The notes: generated from the letters alone by a model not told the origin. Counted from the stretch's first letter, positions 16,327 to 24,343 are shown. The stretch: 40,980 bases of DNA from an uncultured Oscillospiraceae bacterium (GCA_947624035.1 CANQIH010000001.1:1-40980); one strand, 5' to 3'. Made by a program: numbers and translations.

Positions 16327-18750
16327 TCACTTGCTGAGTACGCAGTCCACCACGCGCAGCATGAGTTTTCCGTACACGGCCACCCGCAGGCGGCTGACCC
16401 CGGTGAGGTCCACCGAGAACTCCTGGGGCTCGCAGCCCGCGCCGATGAGCGGGGACTGATACAGCAGCGCCCCGTCGCCGTATATCCACAGGTACACGTT
16501 GTCCACCGACTTATTGGCCGCCGCGCTGTCCAGGACCACCCGGCCCGTCAGCTTTGTATATTCACGGTCCAGCCAGTATTCCTGCCAGGACTCCCCTTCT
16601 GGATACTTGCCGCCGAAGCCGGTCTCGTAGTAGTTGCCCATGTTGTCCGTGACGCCGTCATAGACGATGAACGCGCCGTCGTACCGGGAACCGCTGAGCC
16701 AGTCCATATCGCTGAGGAGGATCTGCGGCTCCGTGCTCCGGGGCGCCTCTACGGCGGAGGACAAAGTGGGCGACGCCGCGCTCTCATAGAGCGCGCAGTC
16801 CACAAGGCGGATCATGTTCTTCCCCTGGATGACGATCCGCAGCGTGGTGACGCCGGACACGTCTATCACGAAGTCCATGGGCTCGCATCCGGCCACCACG
16901 GCCTGGGTGCGGTACAGCAGCGCCCCGTCGCCGTAGACCCAGAGAAAGATGTCATTGTTTACCTGGGCCCGGGCGCTGTATTCCAGCACCACCCTGCCCC
17001 GCAGCTCGGCGTAGGTCCCGTCCAGCGTATACTCCTGCCAGGACTGCCCCTCCACCGCCGGCATGTTCTTCTCGTCGGACCGGGAGGCGGTGCCGCCCAG
17101 GCCGTTGTCATAGGTGGTGCCAAAGTTGTCCTTGACTGAATCGTAGTACAAAAAGCCGTCCGGCGACGAATCCGAGCAGGGCAGGTCCTTCAGATACACA
17201 TACTTTGCCTCCGCCTGCGCCATCGCGGCCTCGTACTCTGCCTCCTTGCTCTGGAGCGAGGCAGAATCGGGATGGTCCTCCAGGCCGGCCCGGATGATGA
17301 TGAGCGCGCCCGCATAATCGCCGGCCGACGCCAGCGCTTCCGCCTGCACGATGATCCTGGCTGCCTGCTCCGCCTCGGAGAGCTCCGGCTCCGGCGTGGC
17401 CGCCGGCTCCGGTGTGGCCGCCGGTTCCGGCGTGATCTCCGGTTCCAGCGTGGCCGCCGGTTCCGGCGTGATCTCCGGTTCCGGCGTGGCCGCCGGTTCG
17501 GGCGTGGCCTCCGGTTCCTGCGCTGTCTCTGGCTCCTGCGTGGCCTCGGGCTCCGCGGCCGTCTGGGCGGACGGGCCGTCCGGCTCCCCGCCAAATAGCT
17601 TCGACCCGGCGAACGCGCCGCCCGCGAGCAGCAGGACCGCCGCCAGGACAGCGGCGATCACAACCGGCATCCGGTTCTTCCTGGCGGGGACCTGCTTTGG
17701 TTCCTCCGGCGCCGGTCTCAGGGTCCCCGAGACCTCCGGAGCCGCCGCGGGCGGCGGCGTTTCCACTCCGACCTCGGGCGGCGCAGCCCGCCTGCCCAGA
17801 GGCTCGGTCCTGCTCCCGCTGTCATACAGGAACACCGTCCGGTCGCCAATCATCTGCAGCGCTTGGCGCATCTCCGTGGCGGTGGCGTAGCGCTCGTTGG
17901 GGTCGTAGGCGCAGGCACGCAGGATGACCCCGGCCAAGTCACGGGAGGCGTTGCTCGGCGGCGGCAGCCGCTCACCGCGTATGCGCCGCTCCTGTGCCTC
18001 CTGTCTCGCGCTGGGACTGAGAAGCTGGGCCTCCGTTTCCAAAAACGGCAGCCGGTTCCCGTTCATGAGCCGGTACAGCATGATGCCCAGCGAGTAGATA
18101 TCGGCCCGGGCGTCATAGACTGTTCCGTTCATGACCTCCGGCGCCATGAAGGTCAGGGTTCCCTTCTGAGACATGGCCCCCGTCATATTCTCCAGACGGC
18201 GGGCGATGCCGAAGTCGCCCAGCTTGAAATCGCCGAAGTCATTGACGAAGATGTTCTCAGGCTTGATATCCCGGTGGATGATATTGCGCTTGCCGCAGAA
18301 CTCCAGAGCCGTGCAGATATCGCAGCCCAGCTTTATGACGTCCTCTTCCGTCAGCTCCCGGTCGCGCACATAGGTGTTGAAGGGCGTGAGAAGCTCCATG
18401 CGGATATAGATATCCCATCCGATCTCCCCGCTCTTCTCCACGACCTTGTAGTCTTCCACGCTGACGATGTTCTGGATGCCCTTCAGCGAATCCATCAGAT
18501 CGATCTCTTTGACGAAGTCGTCCACGACCCCGCGGAGATAGGTCCGGCTGGCACGCATATCCAGGCCCTCCGATCGCAGGGAATCGATCTCCGACTGGTC
18601 CGAGGGGATGGAGATGACCTTGATGGCGGCCCGGGTCTCCAGGTTGTGATCCCGGCGCACCGCCTGATAGACCACGCCGTAGGAGCCCCGGCCCAGCTGC
18701 TTTTCGATCTGCCACTCGGGCCAGATGCCGCTCAGCACGTTCTGCTCCAT
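16327..18750 (-). CDS. Receptor Ser/Thr protein kinase with tandem extracellular NPCBM-like domains (STK-2)
   Basis: GRGSYGVV, AIKVI, HRDIKPENIF, GDFGIARR and GTLTFMAPE. TM MPVVIAAVLAAVLLLAGGAFA, a PEP linker, a helical segment, then two ~140-aa paralogous domains. The ATG at 18750 lies 2 nt after the PP2C stop (TGAGGATG). Confidence 0.9.
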   Translation of the reverse strand: MEQNVLSGIWPEWQIEKQLGRGSYGVVYQAVRRDHNLETRAAIKVISIPSDQSEIDSLRSEGLDMRASRTYLRGVVDDFVKEIDLMDSLKGIQNIVSVEDYKVVEKSGEIGWDIYIRMELLTPFNTYVRDRELTEEDVIKLGCDICTALEFCGKRNIIHRDIKPENIFVNDFGDFKLGDFGIARRLENMTGAMSQKGTLTFMAPEVMNGTVYDARADIYSLGIMLYRLMNGNRLPFLETEAQLLSPSARQEAQERRIRGERLPPPSNASRDLAGVILRACAYDPNERYATATEMRQALQMIGDRTVFLYDSGSRTEPLGRRAAPPEVGVETPPPAAAPEVSGTLRPAPEEPKQVPARKNRMPVVIAAVLAAVLLLAGGAFAGSKLFGGEPDGPSAQTAAEPEATQEPETAQEPEATPEPAATPEPEITPEPAATLEPEITPEPAATPEPAATPEPELSEAEQAARIIVQAEALASAGDYAGALIIIRAGLEDHPDSASLQSKEAEYEAAMAQAEAKYVYLKDLPCSDSSPDGFLYYDSVKDNFGTTYDNGLGGTASRSDEKNMPAVEGQSWQEYTLDGTYAELRGRVVLEYSARAQVNNDIFLWVYGDGALLYRTQAVVAGCEPMDFVIDVSGVTTLRIVIQGKNMIRLVDCALYESAASPTLSSAVEAPRSTEPQILLSDMDWLSGSRYDGAFIVYDGVTDNMGNYYETGFGGKYPEGESWQEYWLDREYTKLTGRVVLDSAAANKSVDNVYLWIYGDGALLYQSPLIGAGCEPQEFSVDLTGVSRLRVAVYGKLMLRVVDCVLSK
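17384..17565 (-). repeat. 18-nt tandem repeat (about 10 copies) encoding (A/E)(A/I)TPEP units
   Basis: GGCTCCGGCGTGGCCGCC-like units. Encodes EPEATQEPETAQEPEATPEPAATPEPEITPEPAATLEPEITPEPAATPEPAATPEPE. Confidence 0.8.
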
Positions 18751-18752
18751 CC

Positions 18753-19541
18753 TCACGCTTCCCCTCTGTTCCGTCTCCAGAGCCGGCTCAGGGACCATCC
18801 GCCGCTGCGGCTGATACGGCAGGCCACGATGGTGGTGTTGTCATGTCCGCCGTTGGCCAGGGCCATCTCCAGAAGCCTCTCCGTGACGCCGTCAAAGGGG
18901 GTGCTGTCTATCACGCCGCGGATCTCATCCTGCGTGACCATATCCGTGAGGCCGTCCGAGCAGATGAGGTACACGTCGCCGTCCCTGTACCCGCCGCTGG
19001 CGATATACGGATCGATGATCATCTCGTCTGGCTCGATCCCCAGGCATTGGGACAGCGGGGCCTTTCTTCCGAAGGGCGCCAGGCCCAGGTGGTCCATCGA
19101 CAGCTGCTCCAGCTTTCCCTTGGAAAAGCGGAACACCTTGCTGTCCCCGATGTTGCACCACATGGCTCCCTTCTCCATGAAGGCGACCATCGCCACCGTG
19201 CTCCCGATGGAGCTGATGGCGTTGTCTCTGGCGTACTGGCAGACAGCCTCGTTGGCATCCTGGCAGAACTGGCGCAGGCTGGCGGCCGGGTCGTCCCCCA
19301 CCGTGATGGCCGCGGCCTTCTCCGCCGCGATGGCGGAGGCCACATCCCCGTCCACGCCGCCGCCCACGCCGTCGAACACGCCGAAGACGGAGGGTTCCTC
19401 TGTCGTGACGCTGCCGGACAGCGCGAAGGGAAGCGTGTCCTCCTTCGTGATATACCTGCCGCCGCAGAGGAGGTTATCCTGGTTCACCCTGCGCACAAGG
19501 CCCTTGTGGCTGACGCAGGAATAAAATATCTTACACTCCAT
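18753..19541 (-). CDS. PP2C-family Ser/Thr phosphatase (PP2C-2)
   Basis: FGVFDGVGGGVDGDVAS, ICSDGLTDMV and GGHDNTTIVA motifs. Start set at the ATG at 19541 (MECKIFYSCVSHKG). Confidence 0.88.
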   Translation of the reverse strand: MECKIFYSCVSHKGLVRRVNQDNLLCGGRYITKEDTLPFALSGSVTTEEPSVFGVFDGVGGGVDGDVASAIAAEKAAAITVGDDPAASLRQFCQDANEAVCQYARDNAISSIGSTVAMVAFMEKGAMWCNIGDSKVFRFSKGKLEQLSMDHLGLAPFGRKAPLSQCLGIEPDEMIIDPYIASGGYRDGDVYLICSDGLTDMVTQDEIRGVIDSTPFDGVTERLLEMALANGGHDNTTIVACRISRSGGWSLSRLWRRNRGEA

Positions 19542-19755
19542 AATGTTCCCATTCCGGCACGTGCCCGCCAAGAGGACTGTGCCCATGCGTTATAAAATGA
19601 GCTTGTCAAAAAACACGTATACGCTTGGATGATGCAGGGGGAGCTTGAGGGGGGCGGAGTCCCGCCTCAAATGGGATAAAAAGCCGGCAAATGCCATTTG
19701 CGCCGCGCAGCGGCAGTATTTCATGACGGCTTTGACGGCAGGAAATACTCGGCTT

Positions 19756-19823
19756 TCAGGCTGTCAAAGACCCTTCTTTGACAGCCTGATAAAATGCCGG
19801 GAGACCGCCTAAGTGTCTCCCGG
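19756..19823 (-). terminator. Tandem terminator after the vWA-FHA gene
   Basis: Minus strand reads CCGGGAGAC, a 9-nt loop, GTCTCCCGG, then CATTTTA, immediately followed by a perfect 15-bp hairpin TCAGGCTGTCAAAGA-AGGG-TCTTTGACAGCCTGA. Confidence 0.6.
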
Positions 19824-19830
19824 CGGGTGG

Positions 19831-21738
19831 TCAAATGTACTCCGGCGCGCTGAAATCGAATTCCAGCGTGGTCGTGCCTATCACGGCGCAGTCGCCGCAT
19901 ACCAGCTGGCGCGGCTCGTCCGCATTGAGGCGCTCGCCGTTCAGCCGTGTGCCGTTGGTGGAATTCATGTCGGCGATGAACAGTCCCTCGCCGTCGAAGA
20001 TCAGCTTCATGTGCTTTCTGGATATGGCCTTGTCGTCCACCACCACGTTCGCGACGGAATTGCGGCCGAAGGTCAGCTCCTCGCCGGGCTTCATGACCAG
20101 CCTGCGCGGCTCATGGGGCGTCCGGTCAGAGACGCGCTCCGTCACCACGACGGCCAGGACGCGCTGCTGCTTGAATGTGCCGTCCTCCTGCTGCCCCTCC
20201 CGGTCCAGAAGCACCGTTTTGTCATCGTCCACAGAGCCCAGGAAGGCGGTGCGGTCGTTGTCGTCCTCTATAGCGCCCGCAGCGCCCATGGCGCCCAGGA
20301 AAGCGGTCCTGTCGCTGTCACCGCCGCCCGCAGGGCTATCCGTGCGGAAGCCGGTGGTGCCCGGACGGTCGCGGAAACTGTAGGTCCTCTCAAGGCCGTC
20401 GTTGACGAAATCGTCGGACGCCGCGCCGTTCATGGCGCCGCCGGCGGCGTACTGGTTCACCCTGTTGGCGGGCCCGTCATACATCGTCGGCTCATCCGAG
20501 TACGGGTCCACATGGGAGATCGTGGGGTCGCCGCTCTCCTGGGGAGCGGTCTGGGCGCCCTTGTCCCCGGATCTCTTCTTCTTGCGTGTGACGGCAAAGA
20601 TCACCACGGCCACGACGACCAGCAGCGCGGCGCCTCCCGCGGCCAGCTGCCATACCGCGAACCCGGACGACTCCTCCTCTTCAGGCTCCGGCGCCTCTGT
20701 CACAGGGGGCGCCGTGGCGGCGGCTGGCGGCGGCGTCACCTTCGGACGGGCCGTCTGTTCCGGCGTAGGCGTCGCGGCCTCCTCGGGGCCGGGGATACTC
20801 GTCCAGTTGACGATCTGCATCAGCTCGTTGCTGGGGGGGATGAAACCCCGCTCCGACTGGAAGCCCACCTGGAACTTGCTGGGCTCATTGAAACCGGTCT
20901 TGCCCTCCGGGTTGGTCATGGTGGCGTGCAGCTCCACGGCGCCGCAGACGATGGCGTATATCGTGTCCAGGCTGCCGCCGATGGCGCTGGCGGGGCCGTT
21001 GAAATCCTTGCCGCCTGTGGCGTCGGCCAGCTCCCGGAGGCTGGCCTCGTTGACGCCGTCGTTGTCATTGAGGCCGATGCAGTACAGGGGCACCTGGGCC
21101 GACTGGATCTGGGCGAAGATATCCTCCTTCGTGGGGGAAGCGCTGTTATCCGGCAGGTCGTTTTTGCCGTCCGTGATGACGATGACAGCGCTCCGATCCC
21201 CGGTAGCCGCCTTGGCGCCGCGGATCACGCCCTCATAGAGGGCAGTATACCACTGGTCCGCCACGATGCCGTTGATCGTGTCCTGGATCTGCTGCTTGTT
21301 CCCGCTCTCCGGAAGAAGTTCCGTGACTGTCTCGCCGAAGGTGATGATGGTCACCGTGTCGTTGGGCCCCATCTGGTCCACGAAGGCGCACAGGGACGAG
21401 CGGACGCTCTGCATCATCGTATCGATCATCGTGCGGGACACGTCCACCACGAACACGTAGTGGATGCCCTGCGTCGCGGGGTCGTATGACTGCACGCTGT
21501 CCACATTGGCCCCCACGCCATCCACAGATACGGCGAACTGTTCAGCTGTGAAAGAACCCGTGACCGGAAATCCGCTGCTGTCGTACAGGTTCACATACAT
21601 TGTGAGGGCAGGACCGTTCTGCTGGACCTGATTGAGAATGACGTCGCTCACCTGCCGCCCCGAGGCATAGACGCCCTGGGTCAGCAGCAGGACCGCCAAA
21701 ATGCAGATCACGCCTGTCTTTACGATGCGTTTCATCAT
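19831..21738 (-). CDS. Bitopic protein: signal peptide, exported vWA domain, TM, cytoplasmic FHA domain
   Basis: MMKRIVKTGVICILAVLLLTQGVYA. vWA with a MIDAS-like motif VFVVDVSRTM...TALYEG...VIVITDGKND. TM FAVWQLAAGGAALLVVVAVVIFAV followed by KKKR. C-terminal FHA reads LTFGRNS...ISRKHMKL...STNGTRLNG. RBS GAAGGGGA precedes the ATGATG at 21738. Confidence 0.88.
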   Translation of the reverse strand: MMKRIVKTGVICILAVLLLTQGVYASGRQVSDVILNQVQQNGPALTMYVNLYDSSGFPVTGSFTAEQFAVSVDGVGANVDSVQSYDPATQGIHYVFVVDVSRTMIDTMMQSVRSSLCAFVDQMGPNDTVTIITFGETVTELLPESGNKQQIQDTINGIVADQWYTALYEGVIRGAKAATGDRSAVIVITDGKNDLPDNSASPTKEDIFAQIQSAQVPLYCIGLNDNDGVNEASLRELADATGGKDFNGPASAIGGSLDTIYAIVCGAVELHATMTNPEGKTGFNEPSKFQVGFQSERGFIPPSNELMQIVNWTSIPGPEEAATPTPEQTARPKVTPPPAAATAPPVTEAPEPEEEESSGFAVWQLAAGGAALLVVVAVVIFAVTRKKKRSGDKGAQTAPQESGDPTISHVDPYSDEPTMYDGPANRVNQYAAGGAMNGAASDDFVNDGLERTYSFRDRPGTTGFRTDSPAGGGDSDRTAFLGAMGAAGAIEDDNDRTAFLGSVDDDKTVLLDREGQQEDGTFKQQRVLAVVVTERVSDRTPHEPRRLVMKPGEELTFGRNSVANVVVDDKAISRKHMKLIFDGEGLFIADMNSTNGTRLNGERLNADEPRQLVCGDCAVIGTTTLEFDFSAPEYI

Positions 21739-21854
21739 ACCTATCCCCTTCTCATGGAAAAATCGGTGCAGCGCTCCGCGCCGCTCATTATCAAACGCCA
21801 AACAGGGAGACGCGATCGCCGCGCTCCCCTCTGTCTCTATGTACACGCCCTGCC

Positions 21855-21884
21855 GCTGAAAACAGCGGACGCAGCTCTGCGTCC
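21855..21884 (-). terminator. Probable terminator ending the T7SS/effector transcription unit
   Basis: Minus strand: GGACGCAG-AG-CTGCGTCC followed by GCTGTTTTC, 30 nt after the DUF4176 stop. Confidence 0.5.
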
Positions 21885-21914
21885 CGCGCGCTCACCAGCA
21901 AGGCCGTTTCAAGC

Positions 21915-22178
21915 TCACTCATCCAGATGGCTCAGCTGCTCCAGGTATGCCAGACCTTCGCCGTCCTGCATGCCGACGAAATACAGCCGCTCGATCTGCT
22001 CGGTGTCAAAGAGGAACAGACGGTCCGGGTCGATGATCCCCTCAGGATACAGGCACGCGCTGTAATCCCAGACCTTGTCGGAATCCACCTGCTTTTGCTT
22101 CACACCGACGATCATGATCCGCTTCTGGCTGTCCTTCAGCAGCACCACAGAGCCGATCGGCAGATACCTCTTCTTCAT
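21915..22178 (-). CDS. DUF4176-like protein (T7SSb-associated accessory family)
   Basis: MKKRYLPIGSVVLLKDSQKRIMIVG...WDYSACLYPEGIIDPDRLFLFDTEQIERLYFVGMQDGE matches the DUF4176 pattern (LPIGSVV.L......(M/I)I.G....DY....YPEG......F....I). Confidence 0.7.
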   Translation of the reverse strand: MKKRYLPIGSVVLLKDSQKRIMIVGVKQKQVDSDKVWDYSACLYPEGIIDPDRLFLFDTEQIERLYFVGMQDGEGLAYLEQLSHLDE

Positions 22179-22195
22179 ATGACGTCCATCCTTTC

Positions 22196-22447
22196 CTATT
22201 TGGCCAATTCTTCCAATGTATACTCCCGCCCGCAGCTCTGGCAGGTAAAAAAGTACAGGTAGTGCTTCACCTGGGCGTTTGGGATGAACAGGGCGTCGCT
22301 GCCCGTGTTGAGCTGCTCGCCCTTGACGCTCTCAAAGCCCTTCCGCTTCACCAGCTGGCCCCCGCAGCGGGGGCAGCGCTTTTTCCCGAACAGGAGGTAC
22401 CGCAGCTCACTTGGCGTAAAGTCATACTGAAATCCCTTATGCTCCAT
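22196..22447 (-). CDS. Small zinc-ribbon protein (CPRC...CQSC), candidate immunity or accessory factor
   Basis: MEHKGFQYDFTPSELRYLLFGKKRCPRCGG...FFTCQSCGREY. It lies directly downstream of the candidate toxin. Function is inferred only. Confidence 0.6.
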   Translation of the reverse strand: MEHKGFQYDFTPSELRYLLFGKKRCPRCGGQLVKRKGFESVKGEQLNTGSDALFIPNAQVKHYLYFFTCQSCGREYTLEELAK

Positions 22448-22460
22448 GGCCCACACCAGC

Positions 22461-23603
22461 TCAATCCCAGAAGGTCACGAAGTCGACGAATTTCCCGACC
22501 GCTTCCTTGCCCGCGTCATTCAGTCCGATCTCAATGCCGACGGAACCGCCGATGACGGCGGCCACACCGCCCTTCATCACGAACTTTCCGTCCCGGAAGC
22601 CGAACTCGCCTTCCACGCCTGCGCCGCCGGCGTAGCCGCTGGCCTCGCCCTTGATCTCAAGGCCCAGGAAGTTGATCGACTTGGAGGCCTTGCCCTCCAC
22701 CGCGGCGACTATGGCCTCGCCCTTTGCGTAGGCGTTGACGCCGTCCTCGCCGATGGAGAATTTCCCCTCGGCGCCGGCCCGGGCGCTGCCGACCTTTCCC
22801 TCGGCGGAGGTCTCCACGCCCAGCATATCGTCGCCGACGTTGCTGCTGTAGTCCAGTTCCAGGAACGAGACCGACGCACCGGCGGCGACCTCCGCGCCGA
22901 TGACCTGGAAGGTCTCCTTTTCGGTCCACTGGCCGTTCTCGTACTCCCGCTTGGTGACCTTCTGCATGAAGTACCCATCGGCGTCTATCTCCGCGCTGCC
23001 TTTTCCAAGGTAGGCCTTGACCTCGCGATGGTCCCACGCCGGCCCTGTGGCGGATTCCGCCTTGCCGATCCAGCCCGTGACGCCTGGATGGTCGCCGTCA
23101 AGCTCGTATCCCAGCCAGTCGCCCTTGATATTGGTCAGCAGCCCCAGGGGAGTATGGGGCAAAACGACGCCGGTGAACAGCGCCCAGGCGCCGTCCTTAA
23201 ATGCGTCCCACGGGTCCTTTCCGCCGCCGCCGTCATAGGCGCCGCCGGATACGCTGCCCATACCGGCGCCCCATTCATATCCGCGGCCCTTGGAGGCATC
23301 ATTGGCGGCCTGGAGGACCTTCTGATCCACCGCGTCAAAGGCGGCCTTCGTCCTGGCGATGCCGAGCCGGATGTCCGACAGCCGGTCCCGGGCACGCTCG
23401 ACGTCCGCGCGCAGCGAACGAACGGCGGAGCGGGCGTCGCGCGTCCCTTCGGAGAGGCGGACGTTGACCTTCCCCCACCACTCCTCCGAGGTGTTCACGC
23501 GCTGCAGGCCGCCAGCCACGTCGGACAGGGCCTCCATCAGCGCGTCCAGCTCCGACGAGGCGCCGTCCAGGCTCCTGCTGCTATATAGGATACGGTCGTT
23601 CAT
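22461..23603 (-). CDS. Candidate T7SS cargo/effector: helical N-terminal domain plus Gly/Ala-rich repetitive C-terminal domain
   Basis: 380 aa. The first ~110 aa look like a helical hairpin (MNDRILYSSRSLDGASSELDALMEALSDVAGGLQRV...). The C-terminus has repeated (A/G)EGK.S... strands and GGVAAVIGGSVGIEIG. RBS is AGGAGGA. It follows two small helical partner genes, as LXG toxins do. Confidence 0.6.
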   Translation of the reverse strand: MNDRILYSSRSLDGASSELDALMEALSDVAGGLQRVNTSEEWWGKVNVRLSEGTRDARSAVRSLRADVERARDRLSDIRLGIARTKAAFDAVDQKVLQAANDASKGRGYEWGAGMGSVSGGAYDGGGGKDPWDAFKDGAWALFTGVVLPHTPLGLLTNIKGDWLGYELDGDHPGVTGWIGKAESATGPAWDHREVKAYLGKGSAEIDADGYFMQKVTKREYENGQWTEKETFQVIGAEVAAGASVSFLELDYSSNVGDDMLGVETSAEGKVGSARAGAEGKFSIGEDGVNAYAKGEAIVAAVEGKASKSINFLGLEIKGEASGYAGGAGVEGEFGFRDGKFVMKGGVAAVIGGSVGIEIGLNDAGKEAVGKFVDFVTFWD

Positions 23604-23650
23604 CGTGTGTCCTCCTGTCGTCGCCCAGCCGCCGGCGCTTGGCCCGGCCG

Positions 23651-23950
23651 TCAGCCGTCCATCAGATCGGCAAGACGCCTGTCAGCCTCCTCCAGGGCAT
23701 TCGCGAAACGGTCCAGCGCGCCGCTCACGCAGGCGAGATCGTCCTGCAGCGTGCGGAGCTGACGGCGGGAATCCCCCAGGGTCTTCTCCAGCGCATCCGC
23801 GGTCCGGCCCATAAAGTTCCCGTCCAGGCGGGAACCGGCCCTGTCCAGACGCGGCAGGGCCGAGGATGCCAGCATATCGGCGCAGCGCCTGATCTTCTGC
23901 GCTTCCCGGCGGATCGCCGCGGTATCGTAGTCATAGCCGTTATTGCTCAT
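23651..23950 (-). CDS. Small helical-hairpin protein, WXG100-superfamily-like (Lap2-type partner, cassette 2)
   Basis: 99 aa, with FMGRTADALE at the hairpin turn. Paralogous by eye to the 92-aa ORF at 25373..25651. RBS is AAAGAGGGGA. Confidence 0.65.
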   Translation of the reverse strand: MSNNGYDYDTAAIRREAQKIRRCADMLASSALPRLDRAGSRLDGNFMGRTADALEKTLGDSRRQLRTLQDDLACVSGALDRFANALEEADRRLADLMDG

Positions 23951-23970
23951 GCCGGTCCCCTCTTTCCTGG

Positions 23971-24001
23971 CCCGGTATCAGGGGAAACCCCTGATACCGG
24001 G
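23971..24001 (-). promoter_or_regulatory. Perfect 14-bp intercistronic stem-loop
   Basis: CCCGGTATCAGGGG-AAA-CCCCTGATACCGGG lies between the 110-aa and 99-aa genes. No U-tract follows. Confidence 0.6.
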
Positions 24002-24010
24002 CGGTCATGT

Positions 24011-24343
24011 TTACAGGTTGGACTGGTAGGCGGTGCCCGTCTCCAGACCCTGGGCCATCTGCTCGGCAGCCGTCTCCTGTTCCTCGTAGACGGACAGGGC
24101 CTCCTTCAGCTTGGAGATGACGTTGCTCATAACGGTCTCGTTCTGCTGAAGATTCTTGTAGAGCTGATCGAACTGGCTCTTAAACTTCTCGCTGGCCTCG
24201 CCGTGCCAGGTGCCGTCCAGCACACGGACTTCGTTGGAGATCTTCAGGTAGGCATTCTCCAGAGACACCTTCCTGGTCTCATAGTTGGTAATGGCGGTCT
24301 CAAGCGCCTCTCTGCTGACTCTCAGGTTGTCAATCACTGCCAT
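24011..24343 (-). CDS. WXG100-superfamily protein (WHG motif), Lap1/TIGR04197-like partner, cassette 2
   Basis: 110 aa with ...LDGTWHGEASEKFKSQF... Paralogous by eye to the 109-aa ORF at 25683..26012. RBS is GAAGGAGGA. Confidence 0.75.
   Translation of the reverse strand: MAVIDNLRVSREALETAITNYETRKVSLENAYLKISNEVRVLDGTWHGEASEKFKSQFDQLYKNLQQNETVMSNVISKLKEALSVYEEQETAAEQMAQGLETGTAYQSNL

Noticed and set aside
14427-21738. Calling the vWA/PP2C/STK genes a TerY-P anti-phage triad
   Set aside because: The domain trio matches, but TerY-type vWA proteins are cytoplasmic. Here the vWA domain follows a signal peptide, is fused to a TM and an FHA domain, and the kinases are receptor-type. I therefore report it as a related but distinct architecture, not as TerY-P.
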